Source: Planctomycetota bacterium | GTDB lineage: Bacteria > Planctomycetota > UBA8108 > SXIK01 | Length of the DNA stretch: 64,000 nt | NCBI GenBank assembly: GCA_965223265.1 | Contig: OZ244999.1 | Span: forward strand, 7,264,001-7,328,000 | Direction: 5' to 3' | Shown here: positions 1-10,244 of the stretch, piece by piece | Layout: each line of letters begins with the position of its first letter | How positions within the stretch are numbered: the stretch's first letter is position 1 | Program-made: the position numbers and the translations under genes | The notes under the pieces: model-generated | The model's input: only the letters and a program-made list of their open reading frames with translations | Databases searched by the model: none | Told to the model about the DNA's origin: nothing

Positions 1-717
1 GTCGATCGACCCGGTCCAGACGAGAGCCCCCTCTTCAACGATCGCGACGTCGGTGCAGATTTCCTCGAGATCAGCCAGAATGTGGCTCGAAATCACGATC
101 GTCTTTCCCATACGCCCCAGCTCCGTAAGCAGCGATCTAATCTCGATGCGAGCGCGAGGATCCAAACCGCTCGCGGGCTCGTCGAGCACCAAAATCTCAG
201 GGTCATGGACTAACGTCTTGGCGAGTGAGAGGCGCTGCTTCATTCCCGTAGAAAGTGACGTTGTGAGCTCGTCTCGCACCTGGGTCAAGTCGGTGAGCGT
301 CAAGACGTCCTCAACGCGGCGCTTCAAGTCAGGGCCACGGCGATTGTAGGCGCGCCCGAAGAATCCGAGGTATTCCTCACACGTCAGGCCGCGAAAGACG
401 CCGAAAGCATCGGGCATGTAGCCGATGAACGGTCGGACCTCGCGGACGTCTTTCTTCAAGTCGTGGCCAAGCATCCGTACGTCGCCACAGTCGGGCTTGA
501 TCAACGTCGCCATCATCTTCAACGTCGTCGTCTTGCCGGCACCGTTTGGCCCGATCAATCCAAACACGCTGCCCCTAGGCACAACGAGATCGACGTTGTC
601 GACAGCAACTTTGCTGCCGTAGCGCTTCGTCACACCAGAGAGCACCACCGCGGCCTCATCGGTGCAAGCATCGCTGTCGGATTCATCGAGAGCTGTGCAA
701 ACTGCCTCGTCCGTCAA
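1..717 (-). CDS. ABC transporter ATP-binding protein (3' end runs off the window)
   Basis: Not in ORF track; translated by hand on the minus strand from a TTG at 717 (AGGAAA upstream). Walker [10 protein letters not shown], signature LSTGMKQRL, Walker [14 protein letters not shown]-loop SSHIL. No stop before position 1. Confidence 0.9.
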   Translation of the reverse strand, partial: MTDEAVCTALDESDSDACTDEAAVVLSGVTKRYGSKVAVDNVDLVVPRGSVFGLIGPNGAGKTTTLKMMATLIKPDCGDVRMLGHDLKKDVREVRPFIGYMPDAFGVFRGLTCEEYLGFFGRAYNRRGPDLKRRVEDVLTLTDLTQVRDELTTSLSTGMKQRLSLAKTLVHDPEILVLDEPASGLDPRARIEIRSLLTELGRMGKTIVISSHILADLEEICTDVAIVEEGALVWTGSID

Positions 718-927
718 TTTCCTACGCCTTCTGTCTTTGTACGCCTCTCTACGTCTTTGACCAAATCTCTCGAACGCGGTCAACTCCGTCGGGATAAGAA
801 GTACAATAGAACGTCGGGGACGTTGGATGTTTCTTTCAGAAACTTCGAAGATTATGTAGTCTGCTCTGCAATTTGTAAAATGTCCTGCCGTGCATCGAAA
901 TCGTCCGGGCTCCGAGAAAATGGATCC

Positions 928-1914
928 ATGAAGAAACTCTCGATCGACGATGTCGACCTAGTCCTCACCGAACCGGTCGATCAGGAGGTGCGTTGGATCG
1001 GTCAAGATGAGCTCATCGAGCAGGTCCTCGCCTCGTGGCTCGTCGTTGACGAAGCGGATTTACCGCTCTGCCCGCGACTCATTGGCAAGCCCGGGGTCGG
1101 CAAGACGACGCTTGGACAGGCCGCCGCGCGTGCAATCGACGCGGACGTCTACATCCAACAGTGCACGATGGACACTCGGCCCGAAGACCTGCTCGTGACG
1201 CCGGTACTGGCGCAGAGCGGGCAGATCTCCTATCACGCCAGCCCGCTCGTCTCCGCCATGGTGCGAGGCGGGGTCGTGATCCTCGACGAAGCGAATCGCA
1301 TGAGTGAGAAGTCGTGGGCCTCGCTAGCTCCCCTGCTGGACCATCGGCGCTACGTCGACAGCGTTGTTGCCGGCGTCCGCATCGAAGCGAGCCCCGAGTT
1401 TCGCGCCTGCGTCACCATGAACGACGATGCGTCCACCTTCGAAGTGCCAGACTACATGCTGTCGCGCATTCAACCGACGGTTCAGGTCGAGTTTCCGGAG
1501 CGCGAGGACGAACTCAGGATTCTCAAGTATCATCTGCCGTTCGCGCCGCGGGAGATCGTTGAACTCACCGTCGATTTTCTCCAGGGCGGCCACCAGTTCG
1601 GCCTCCCATATTCGACACGCGATGGAATCAACATCATGCGCTTCGCACTGAAGACGCACACCCAAGCCGCCAAGAAGAAAGGACAGCGCTCCGCGAGCTC
1701 GAAAACCCGCAAGCGCTCGACGTCGACGGAGGCCGACTGGAAGGCGACTTTCGATGCCGCCGTCCGTGCCGTCCTCGGACCAGATGCTCACGACTTCGAA
1801 AAGCACGCCCTCAAGCAGGAGGTCCCCAGCTACCTTGATCTGCGAGAGTTCTTTGACACGCTGAAGGAAGTCGACGACGAAGAACATGACGGCGACGAAA
1901 CCACTGGCTCTTGA
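928..1914 (+). CDS. MoxR/CbbQ-NorQ-like AAA+ ATPase
   Basis: Walker [10 protein letters not shown], Walker B VILDEANR, sensor-I-like VTMN. Start set at MKKLSID (928) rather than 463, which would overlap the opposite-strand ABC gene. Confidence 0.85.
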   Translation: MKKLSIDDVDLVLTEPVDQEVRWIGQDELIEQVLASWLVVDEADLPLCPRLIGKPGVGKTTLGQAAARAIDADVYIQQCTMDTRPEDLLVTPVLAQSGQISYHASPLVSAMVRGGVVILDEANRMSEKSWASLAPLLDHRRYVDSVVAGVRIEASPEFRACVTMNDDASTFEVPDYMLSRIQPTVQVEFPEREDELRILKYHLPFAPREIVELTVDFLQGGHQFGLPYSTRDGINIMRFALKTHTQAAKKKGQRSASSKTRKRSTSTEADWKATFDAAVRAVLGPDAHDFEKHALKQEVPSYLDLREFFDTLKEVDDEEHDGDETTGS

Positions 1915-2031
1915 CGCAATCGCCGACACGCAGTGCAAACCGTGGCTGCGAGTCAACTCGAACGTTGACAAGAGAACTGCGCACGCGAAATCCGAAGTCG
2001 CAGATGTCGACCCGCAGGACGTGAGACGAAG

Positions 2032-4047
2032 ATGAAGGAGCTTCGCGTCAGCGACAATACCCTCTGGTGGGGCAACATCGCGTTCGTCCCGTCGATTCAC
2101 GGCCGCGCAGCGTTCGCCCGCGAGACACGTCGACTTTTCTTGTCGCAACGCTTCTCCGCCGTCGCGGTGGAGCTACCAGACTCTCTCATGGAGCAGGTGA
2201 TCGAAGGTGTCGAGCGCCTTCCCGAGATCCACATCGTCTCGTACGAGGAGACCGACGGGACCCGCTGCTTCTTCCCAATCGATCCTTGCGATTCGATCGT
2301 GGAAGCGATTCGTCTCGGGCTGCGGGAGCACTGCGAAGTCGTTTGTATCGACTGCGACGTCGACTCCTTCGAGCGACGTGAGGCGATTCTACCGGACCCC
2401 TACGCCGTGCAGTCGATCGGCTTGGCGCGTTACTACTTAGCCGTCGAGCCCTACCTCTCGCTCCCCGACCCCGGCTCGGTTGACGACCGACGCGAGCGCT
2501 TCATGGCGCTGCAACTGCGCGCGCTGATGGAGCGACACTCCCAACCCATCCTCTGTGTACTCGGTCTGTCGCATCTTCAGAGCGTCGCTCGTCACCTCGC
2601 AGAACGCGACAACAGTCGCGATGGAATCGACGCGGAGCGTGAAGCGTTGCTGCAGGGGTTGCCACCAGCACGCGTTGACCTCAACCCCGTCGCCGAGTCG
2701 TCGCTCTACCATCTCCTCGGGGAGCTACCATATATCACGCGCCGTTGGGAGGCTCGCCGAGGTGAGGTGACGCTCGAAGAGTTCGAGATCACTGAAGAGC
2801 TCAAGCTGATGCTGCTTGCTGCGCGCGATCGGTATCACGGGCGCCACGGTGAAGAGTATGAGCGCATCTCGACAGCCTCGTTTCAGATGATGCTCCAACT
2901 TCTACGCAATCTTTGCCTACGCGAAGGGCGCCTCACCCCGATGCTCTACGAGATCACTCTTGCAGCACGCGGCTTCGGAGGAAACGCTTTCGCGCTGGAA
3001 GTCATCGAGACCGCGAGGCGATACTCCGAGGAGGTCGACCGTGAGGCGTGGGATAGCGACACCGTTGACAGTGGCAATGAGGAGCTGGTTGAACGCGACG
3101 ATCCGGATCTATTCATGATCAACGATTTCGACGTCGCCGCAGATCGTGAAGGCGAGATCTCGAACCTCAGCCTCGCTGGTCACGAATTCCGCGAGAAATT
3201 TGACGGTGCCGTCGAGATGACGGAAGACCGCATCGCCTGGGATGGCAAGTTCGTCTCGGCTAAGAAACGATTTGAGGACGTAGCCAAGATCTGGAAACGC
3301 CTCAAGCTCGAACGACGCCCGACTCGCATCGAAAAGCGGCGCTGGCAAACGGCATGGGACCCGAATGAATCCTGTTCCTGGGAACCCGAAGATCGCCTCG
3401 TCGAACAATTCGCGGGCAGAGTTCGCCAGCGCGCGATCACCGAATGCAGCGTCGCGCAGGAACGCATAGAGGAGTTCACCACCTCGTTCAAAGATGGCCT
3501 ACACCTTCGAGAGTCGCTTCGACAACACCATCTGCGAAAGGTTTTTGTCAAAGAGTTGCCGCCGATCCGAGGTCGAGTCGGGGCGGTCGTGATCATCTAC
3601 GAGAAGCCGGATGCGGCCAAATTTCCGTGGCGTCTCACGTGGTTCTCGGAGCACGAATGGGAGAGCACGCTGTCGTTTTACGCGACCGACTACCGACGGC
3701 AGCTCATCGGTCCAGGAATCGGCCGCGCCGTATACGGGGGTCAACTTTTCCTCTACCCGCCGCGCCTGATCAAGGACGTTTGGCAAGACCCCGCGTTCGA
3801 CCTCGCCCGCGACGAGGCCGAGCGACTCGTTTTCGCTGGACTCCTTCACAGCCGCGATGGCTGTATCGCCTACACGGCGGCGTCGCCACCGACGACGCGC
3901 ATGAAGGCCTACGCCGCACGCCTCGGGCGAAAGATCCTGTTTCTGCCGCTATCAAGCTTCAGCCGCAGCACTCTGCAAAAACTGCGCACGTTTCACGTGC
4001 TTAACGGCAAGCCTGTTCGCGGTTACGCGCGACAATACATCCGCTGA
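2032..4047 (+). CDS. Hypothetical protein with TraB/GumN (TIKI)-like N-terminal motifs; probable partner of the AAA+ ATPase
   Basis: 671-aa ORF directly downstream of the ATPase. Motifs SIHG, AVAVELP, RRERFMA and LCVLGLSH resemble the TraB/GumN/ChaN superfamily; family call tentative. Confidence 0.6.
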   Translation: MKELRVSDNTLWWGNIAFVPSIHGRAAFARETRRLFLSQRFSAVAVELPDSLMEQVIEGVERLPEIHIVSYEETDGTRCFFPIDPCDSIVEAIRLGLREHCEVVCIDCDVDSFERREAILPDPYAVQSIGLARYYLAVEPYLSLPDPGSVDDRRERFMALQLRALMERHSQPILCVLGLSHLQSVARHLAERDNSRDGIDAEREALLQGLPPARVDLNPVAESSLYHLLGELPYITRRWEARRGEVTLEEFEITEELKLMLLAARDRYHGRHGEEYERISTASFQMMLQLLRNLCLREGRLTPMLYEITLAARGFGGNAFALEVIETARRYSEEVDREAWDSDTVDSGNEELVERDDPDLFMINDFDVAADREGEISNLSLAGHEFREKFDGAVEMTEDRIAWDGKFVSAKKRFEDVAKIWKRLKLERRPTRIEKRRWQTAWDPNESCSWEPEDRLVEQFAGRVRQRAITECSVAQERIEEFTTSFKDGLHLRESLRQHHLRKVFVKELPPIRGRVGAVVIIYEKPDAAKFPWRLTWFSEHEWESTLSFYATDYRRQLIGPGIGRAVYGGQLFLYPPRLIKDVWQDPAFDLARDEAERLVFAGLLHSRDGCIAYTAASPPTTRMKAYAARLGRKILFLPLSSFSRSTLQKLRTFHVLNGKPVRGYARQYIR

Positions 4048-4309
4048 CTTATAGCCCGCATTTCTCACAGAATCCGTAGCGAGGAGCCGCAAGTCATGTC
4101 GTGGCAAGGAAGACTTTGCGATTCGATCGCAGGCGTGCTTCCTGCACATTGAGGGTCGAATCGTGAAGTTTGACGTAGTTGAGTCCGACCGAGGAGGGAG
4201 GACGAAAGCGCGACTTGCGGCCCGCAGTAGGAACGGCACGGCGATTGAGTCCCCGCCAGAGCATGGCTTTCGCACGCAGACGCGTTGGCGCAGAATCCGG
4301 GTTCAACGT

Positions 4310-4618
4310 TCAGTTGGAATTTGGCCCGGGGGCCGCGTTGGAGCTCGGCGATTTCGCGCGCGGTTCTGCAGAACTTCGCGACTGACTACGTTCACCGCGG
4401 CCCTCACTTGCCCGGTCACGCCCACTAGCGTCGGTACTCGCTTGCAGCTCGATCTGCTGGTCGATCCAATCCTCGATCGTGGATCGACGAAACCGCCATT
4501 CCTTGCCGAACTTTGCCCCAGGAATCTTTCCCTTCTGTGCCCACTTGTAGATCGTTTGAGGCTTCAGCTTCAGGTACGCAGCTACCTCATCGATCGTTAA
4601 CATCTCGTCATCAAACAC
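4310..4618 (-). CDS. Helix-turn-helix DNA-binding protein (excisionase-like HTH_17 family)
   Basis: MLTIDEVAAYLKLKPQTIYKWAQKGKIPGAKFGKEWRF is the typical HTH_17 pattern; GTG start with AGGAG upstream; low-complexity tail. Confidence 0.85.
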   Translation of the reverse strand: MFDDEMLTIDEVAAYLKLKPQTIYKWAQKGKIPGAKFGKEWRFRRSTIEDWIDQQIELQASTDASGRDRASEGRGERSQSRSSAEPRAKSPSSNAAPGPNSN

Positions 4619-4890
4619 GGCTCACACTCCTCATCCTTGATAAGAGTGCTCCCCGCAACCCTGAATCGATTCGAGCATGGAGCTGCATCTGAATGCTGCG
4701 CAGGCTATCGGATTTCGTCGGCTATGCACCGCGTTTCGACAACGAGACGAGATCTCTCGTTCCCATGAAGCGGCTGCCCCAGAAAGCGGCGCGGTAACCC
4801 GATGGAGACTTGGACTGAGTCGACGGACGTTCTCGTAGCGAAGACCTGGTGCACCGAAAGGCCTCATCGACCGGTCAGTTTCAACCGGCA

Positions 4891-5445
4891 CTACGCAAGG
4901 CGAGACGATGCATCCAGAGGAAGCTGAGGATCCCATCCGAAGCGCCGCCATGTCAAGCGATTCCGGCGCAGAAACTCGGCAGCCCATCGGTAGTGCGCAA
5001 GCCACTCAGTGCATGGCGCACCGAGAACCACACTAGCTGCAAAAGCGGCCTCGATACTCGCTAGGCCGGGCGCTGGATCAGCGAACAACTTCGAGACGCG
5101 CGGGTACGCGGTGCGCAGACCGGAAGGTAGCGAACGTCGCGCTGGCGGAGCCGACTCGCTAAATCGGAGACGACCAAGAACCGCAGGCACTCGCGCCCAC
5201 GTCGAGTCGATCACCAAAATCGGGCGATCGTCCGCCAAGAGTGTTCGATCCTGCACCGCCAAAGGTGGTGCGTCGAGGGCGAGCAGGAGACCTCCATCGA
5301 CGAGTCTCGGCTGTGGATCGCGCGCTGGATGGCGAAGCTCGATGAATTCACAGCCCGCGGTGCCGACAAGGGGCGATAGGGTACACTTCTTCCGATTCTC
5401 TCTATTGTCTCGAACGAAGCAGAATCGAAGCGCAGGGGTTTCCAT
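4891..5445 (-). CDS. Tsr3/DTW-like aminocarboxypropyltransferase family protein
   Basis: Motifs ENRKKCTL, LVIDSTW, RSLP..LRTAYP and GLASIEAA; start set at METPAL. Confidence 0.7.
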   Translation of the reverse strand: METPALRFCFVRDNRENRKKCTLSPLVGTAGCEFIELRHPARDPQPRLVDGGLLLALDAPPLAVQDRTLLADDRPILVIDSTWARVPAVLGRLRFSESAPPARRSLPSGLRTAYPRVSKLFADPAPGLASIEAAFAASVVLGAPCTEWLAHYRWAAEFLRRNRLTWRRFGWDPQLPLDASSRLA

Positions 5446-5515
5446 GAGGCTATGATGCGCCGCAGATAAATCCATTCGGCTCGCCGCTGTTGGACACGCG
5501 CACGTCGGCGTAAAA

Positions 5516-8293
5516 ATGAGCATAAGTCGGTCGGTGACAATTGTCGCAGATTTTCCCGACGACCACACCGAGGCATTCGGATCTCCATCGCGTTATAGTT
5601 CTCCCCGGAGTGGAACGAAAAAACGCAGGGTGCGGTGCACGCCGCAACTCGAGGCAGAGCGAAGCGCATTGACCGCACCACGAGTCGAAGGGAATCAGCC
5701 GCCGGAATTGCCGAGGAGCGCCGGTAGGACACAGAGTCGCTCGTCGGCAACGACACCTCACGTTCTCCCATTGTCCTTACTGTGTTCGCGGCGACAGGGC
5801 TCGCTGCTCCCGCCCCCGAGTCGTGGCGCCAATGACGGAAAGCGGTCATCGCTCTCCAACGAGAGTCTGCTTTGGGTATTGGTACTGCTCGTTGCAGCCA
5901 CTGCCATCGATGCCGGAGAGGATCAGCCCGACGTCAAACGTGGTCGAACTCGTCAACCGGCTGAGGGCGCCGCAAGTCGTCCGGGAATCGAGCCTTCCGA
6001 GCCCGCCGGCGATTCACTTCGGATCGGTTCGGTCCGCTTCGCCGGCGCCAGAACGATCAACCCGAGTCGCCTCGAGCGCGTCGCTGGCCTTTCACCGGGC
6101 GATGCGTGGTCGCGCAGCCTCGGCGAAACGGCCAGGGAGCGCCTCCAGGCCTGGCCGTTCTTGATGGCCGTTTCGGGACCCTCCGTCGAACGACGTCAAA
6201 ATGGCGAGAGGCAGGTCGTAGACCTTGTCTTTCGCGTTACGGAGAGCCCGGTGGTCGCGGCAGTGAAGTTCAGGGGGAACCGCACGATCCGCGACCAAAA
6301 GCTGGGAGAACTCGCGCTCCCCATCCGAGCAGGGTCCCCCTTTCGGCAAGACCTTCTGCGCCAAAGTACCGCCGTAGTCGAACAGCTCTATCACCAGGAC
6401 GGGTTTCTGTTCGCGGGCGTGCGCGGTGAGATCACGCAGCGCGCAGACGGACGCTTGATCGTCACCATCGCGATTCGCGAGGGTCGTCGCGTCCTGCTGC
6501 GTCGGGTGATTCTTGCGGGGGCGAGCAAACTGCCACAAAGCGAGACCATGGCGTTCTTGTCGAATCGGCCACGGCGGCTCTTCGGCCTCTTGGAAGAGGG
6601 ATACTATCGCCCGGATTCGCTCAAGCATGACCTCGGCACGATCGTACAGCACTATCGCAGCCGTGGGTTTCTCGACGTGGGTGTTAGCTTCGAGGAGCTC
6701 CGCATCGCTCCAAACCTCGACAGCGTCGATCTCGTGATTCGAGTCGACGAAGGAAGACGCTGGAAATTCGAAGGCGTTGAGCTTCGTGGCAACCGCTTGC
6801 TCCCAACGTCGCTTCTCAAGAAAGTGGCGCGGCTCCCAGCCGGCGGATACTACTCGCGTGACGCTCTTGAGGCGGCCATGTCGCGCCTCTCCGTGTGGTA
6901 TCAAGATCAGGTCGGTCTGTTGCCGCAAATCGTCCCAGACCCGCAGCGCGACTTCACCTCGGGCAGCGTGAAGGTTGTCTTGCAGATCACGGAACGGGAT
7001 CACCTTTTCGTCGACGAGGTGAAGATCTCCGGGAACCGCCGCACACGAGAGCGCGTCGTTCGCCAGTGGTCACGACTCAAGCCTGGCGGACCGTTCACTG
7101 CGACTGACTTGGCGAAGTCGCTGGAGGACGTTCAGGACACCGGCCTATTCAAGACAGTCGAGGTCAACGTGTACGACGGCTCCAAGCCACGCACCAAGAC
7201 CGTCGAACTCCGCGTCGAGGAACACGACACGTTCGGTGAAATCGAAGCCGGAGGCGGTGCGTCGGCTGGTGCAGGTGAGGTGGCCTCGTTTCGGTTCGCT
7301 CACACCAACTTCGACTTGTTTCGCTTGCCACGCAGTTTGACTGACTGGCGCGGGGCGTTCACTGGGGGTGGACAGAGACTCGAGTTCTTAGCGATTCCCG
7401 GCAACAAGGAGTCGGTCTACGACTTCCGCTTCGTTGAGCCGTACTTCTTTCGCAGCAAACTGGCGTTGATGCTCGGCGTCAGTGGTAACGTCTTTTCGCG
7501 GCGTTCCTACGATGAACGCCATCTCATAACGACAGCTCGCGTTCGCGCCTTCTTCGACCGCGAGCGTCATACGTCGTTGTCGCTGGCGTACAACGTCGAC
7601 TTCGTCAAGATCGACGAATTCGAGCCGGCGACGCCAGCCGCAGTTCTCCGCGACGAAGGAACCACTCGCTTGGCCTATCCACGCCTGACGCTGGGATGGG
7701 AAGACATCGAAACGAACTATTTCTCAGGGCCGCGCGGCTTCGCGGCGTCATGGAATCTAGACTTCGCGGACAATGCAACCGGTTCGCAGCGGGACTTTTG
7801 GCGCACGGATCTCCGTCTCGACTATGCGCTCCGTCTGTTCGACAACCGACCGGACTATGCGCACACTCTGCACATAGGAGCTCGATTCGGCTGGATCGAA
7901 GATCGCGGTAGCGACGTCACACACGTCAGCGAGCGCTTCTTCCTCGGTGGGCCACGTAGCTTTCGCGGCTTTCGCTATCGCCGCTTGGGTCCAAGCCAAA
8001 ACGGCACTCCGGTCGGCGGCGCAGCCATTGTCCACGGATCGATCGATTACTCCATTCCGCTGGTGTGGCGAGAGATCCGGGCGGTCGCGGTGTTTGACTG
8101 GGGCGACATAGAAAACTCCCTCTCACGGTTGGAATCGCACCGCGTACGAACCGCCGTCGGCGGTGGTTTGCAGTTTCGATTTCAGGCTGGCGGCCTGCGC
8201 ATCCCGGCGGATCTCTACTGGGTGCAAGCCCTCTCAAGCGAGCGAGGCGATCGCGAACAGCTCTTCTCGTTCAAGCTGGGGGTGAATTTTTGA
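5516..8293 (+). CDS. Omp85/BamA-family outer membrane protein with POTRA repeats (true start probably ~5770-5870)
   Basis: Repeated POTRA-like units (VKFRGNR, VELRGNR, VKISGNRRTRERVVR), barrel motif FFLGGPRSFRGF, terminal Phe (KLGVNF), hydrophobic signal-like segment near 5860-5915. Confidence 0.85.
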   Translation: MSISRSVTIVADFPDDHTEAFGSPSRYSSPRSGTKKRRVRCTPQLEAERSALTAPRVEGNQPPELPRSAGRTQSRSSATTPHVLPLSLLCSRRQGSLLPPPSRGANDGKRSSLSNESLLWVLVLLVAATAIDAGEDQPDVKRGRTRQPAEGAASRPGIEPSEPAGDSLRIGSVRFAGARTINPSRLERVAGLSPGDAWSRSLGETARERLQAWPFLMAVSGPSVERRQNGERQVVDLVFRVTESPVVAAVKFRGNRTIRDQKLGELALPIRAGSPFRQDLLRQSTAVVEQLYHQDGFLFAGVRGEITQRADGRLIVTIAIREGRRVLLRRVILAGASKLPQSETMAFLSNRPRRLFGLLEEGYYRPDSLKHDLGTIVQHYRSRGFLDVGVSFEELRIAPNLDSVDLVIRVDEGRRWKFEGVELRGNRLLPTSLLKKVARLPAGGYYSRDALEAAMSRLSVWYQDQVGLLPQIVPDPQRDFTSGSVKVVLQITERDHLFVDEVKISGNRRTRERVVRQWSRLKPGGPFTATDLAKSLEDVQDTGLFKTVEVNVYDGSKPRTKTVELRVEEHDTFGEIEAGGGASAGAGEVASFRFAHTNFDLFRLPRSLTDWRGAFTGGGQRLEFLAIPGNKESVYDFRFVEPYFFRSKLALMLGVSGNVFSRRSYDERHLITTARVRAFFDRERHTSLSLAYNVDFVKIDEFEPATPAAVLRDEGTTRLAYPRLTLGWEDIETNYFSGPRGFAASWNLDFADNATGSQRDFWRTDLRLDYALRLFDNRPDYAHTLHIGARFGWIEDRGSDVTHVSERFFLGGPRSFRGFRYRRLGPSQNGTPVGGAAIVHGSIDYSIPLVWREIRAVAVFDWGDIENSLSRLESHRVRTAVGGGLQFRFQAGGLRIPADLYWVQALSSERGDREQLFSFKLGVNF

Positions 8294-8774
8294 GATCACC
8301 CCTGCCCTCGAATGTGTAGACGCGCTCACCACCGAAGAGGCGCCGCTTTGCGTCCCAAGGGAAATAGATCAGCGAAGTAAACTCGACGGCCTTGCCATCT
8401 TCGAACTCACCGAGCCACGGCGCTTTCTGAATCCCGCGCGACGTCGCCTCCTCCCAAACTCCCTGCGGCCCGATCACGATCTCACTGAGGTGAAACTCGA
8501 TGTCGGGAAACGCGGTGAGCAGCTCAGTATAGAATCGCTCAGCACCTTCGTGCCCGCGCCAAATGTGCCCAGTCGGCACAATCTCGTAGATGCAGTCCTC
8601 CGTAAGCGTGGCGAGCAAACCTGGAATGTCCCGCGCATCCTCGGCGATCGAGTGCTGCTTCCAAAGTTCTCGAATCTCGCCGTAGAGCTCTGGCGTCACC
8701 GGACGGCGAAGCATCTCAAGGGCGTGAGCGCGAATGCGCCCCGCCGAGCCCTTGCCTTTGGGTTCTTCAGTCAT
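8271..8774 (-). CDS. SnoaL-like / ester cyclase (NTF2-like fold) protein
   Basis: HSIAEDARDIPGLLATLTEDC and FYTELLTAFPDIEF patterns; 3' end overlaps the Omp85 gene by 23 bp. Confidence 0.75.
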   Translation of the reverse strand: MTEEPKGKGSAGRIRAHALEMLRRPVTPELYGEIRELWKQHSIAEDARDIPGLLATLTEDCIYEIVPTGHIWRGHEGAERFYTELLTAFPDIEFHLSEIVIGPQGVWEEATSRGIQKAPWLGEFEDGKAVEFTSLIYFPWDAKRRLFGGERVYTFEGRGDLKNSPPA

Positions 8775-8814
8775 AGGTCACGTACCTCCGCAACGCGCGC
8801 GCTCCGGCGCCATG

Positions 8815-9351
8815 CTATGGGCCGCTCGGTGGATCGATGAAATAGAGTCCCGCATAGATTTTGATGTCGACGCCCTTACCGGCCGCCTTCTGCTCTTCGA
8901 GCCACGGAAGGATCTCCGCACACGGAACTTCGTGAACAATGATGTCTTCGCTCTCGTCTCCCCCGCCCGCCGCCACTCGACGGATGCCGCGGGCGCGATA
9001 GAGCGACAGCGACTCCGTACTCATTCCAGCGGAAGGAAAACCGTCGGCAAGAAACTCCATCGAATCCGCCGCATAGCCGGTTTCCTCCAGGAGCTCACGT
9101 TCTCCGGCAGTTGCGAAGTCCTCGTGCTCGGCGCCGGGAAGATCTCCGACAAGACCAGCCGGTAGCTCGACCATCTGCCGGTCCACCGCCGCGCGGTACT
9201 GCTCGACGAGCACCAGCTCGTGGCGGTCGTTGACCGCCAGAATGATCACGATGCCCGAACTCCCGAGTCGCTCGGCGTACTCCCAGCCGTCGCGATCGAC
9301 GAAACGAACGTATTGGCCTTCGTGAAGAATCGTTCGTTTGCCTTCAGCCAT
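8815..9351 (-). CDS. NUDIX hydrolase (ADP-ribose pyrophosphatase-like)
   Basis: VLVEQYR, ELPAGLV, Nudix box AGERELLEETGY. Confidence 0.88.
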   Translation of the reverse strand: MAEGKRTILHEGQYVRFVDRDGWEYAERLGSSGIVIILAVNDRHELVLVEQYRAAVDRQMVELPAGLVGDLPGAEHEDFATAGERELLEETGYAADSMEFLADGFPSAGMSTESLSLYRARGIRRVAAGGGDESEDIIVHEVPCAEILPWLEEQKAAGKGVDIKIYAGLYFIDPPSGP

Positions 9352-9382
9352 TTCCGTTCACGTCCTTTGAACTCTTCTCAAC

Positions 9383-10003
9383 CTAGGCACCGCCCACGGC
9401 CCCGCTGCTCACGATGTGAACCCCAGCCGCCCGCAGCTCGTCGACCGCACTGGCGACGTCGCCGGGTTGCAGCTCCACGCCGCGGCAAGCGTCTTCGATG
9501 AGATAGGTCTCGAAATTCAGCTGCCGCGCATCGAGCGCCGTAAACTTGACGCAATAGTCCGTCGCTACGCCAGCAATGTAAACCGTGTCCACGCCGCGAG
9601 TCTCTAATCGGTCGCCGAGTCCGGTGGATTTCAAGTGGCCATTGTCGAAGAAGCCGCTGTAACTGTCGATGAATGAGTCCGTGCCCTTACGGAAGACTTC
9701 TTCGATGCGCCCCATGTCGAGCGCAGCGACGAACTCAGCCCCGCGCGTTTCTGCGACGCAGTGAACCGGCCAAAGAACCTGCTCAAGGCCGTTGAGGTCG
9801 ATGGTGTCACCGACGCTGTGGCCGGCGTGGTTGTCGGCAAAGCTGGCGTGGTCCGCCGGATGCCAGTCCTGAGTGGCTACGACCAGCTCAAAGCGCGACT
9901 GGAGGTCATTGACGACGTCGATGACCTCGTCCGCGTTGGGCACCGCGAGTGCACCGCCAGGCATGAAATCGTTTTGGAGGTCGACGAGAATCAGCGCGTG
10001 CAT
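9383..10003 (-). CDS. pncA: Nicotinamidase/pyrazinamidase
   Basis: ALILVDLQNDFMPGGALAV, TQDWHP, WPVHCV, KG..DSYSGF and GVATDYCV (catalytic Asp/Lys/Cys); start at MHALIL. Confidence 0.93.
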   Translation of the reverse strand: MHALILVDLQNDFMPGGALAVPNADEVIDVVNDLQSRFELVVATQDWHPADHASFADNHAGHSVGDTIDLNGLEQVLWPVHCVAETRGAEFVAALDMGRIEEVFRKGTDSFIDSYSGFFDNGHLKSTGLGDRLETRGVDTVYIAGVATDYCVKFTALDARQLNFETYLIEDACRGVELQPGDVASAVDELRAAGVHIVSSGAVGGA

Positions 10004-10120
10004 TCGGCCGAGGGTACGCAGAAGGTACGCCGAGCACAAGAGGGGTGCGACCGCGAACTGGGAGGGTGAGGAGAGCAGGAAGAGATGCAAGCCGAAACAG
10101 ACTGCGGCCGGCGGACCGAT

Positions 10121-10234
10121 GTGTGCGTGTGCGTGTGCGTGTGCGTGTGCGTGTGCGTGTGCGTGTGCGTGGGCGTGGGCGTGGGCGTGGGCGTGGGCGT
10201 GGGCGTGGGCGTGGGCGTGGGCGTGGGCGTGGGC
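10121..10234. repeat. Compound hexanucleotide tandem repeat (GTGTGC)8(GTGGGC)11
   Basis: Counted directly: 10121-10168 is 8x GTGTGC; 10169-10234 is 11x GTGGGC. Confidence 0.97.
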
Positions 10235-10244
10235 GCCTCTCAAA

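Noticed and set aside
463-927. Long N-terminal extension of the AAA ATPase in the ORF track
   Set aside because: Overlaps the well-supported minus-strand ABC ATPase gene and the divergent promoter region.
4310-4618. Excisionase marking a prophage or integrative element
   Set aside because: No integrase, att site, tRNA or phage genes nearby; stand-alone HTH_17 regulators are common.
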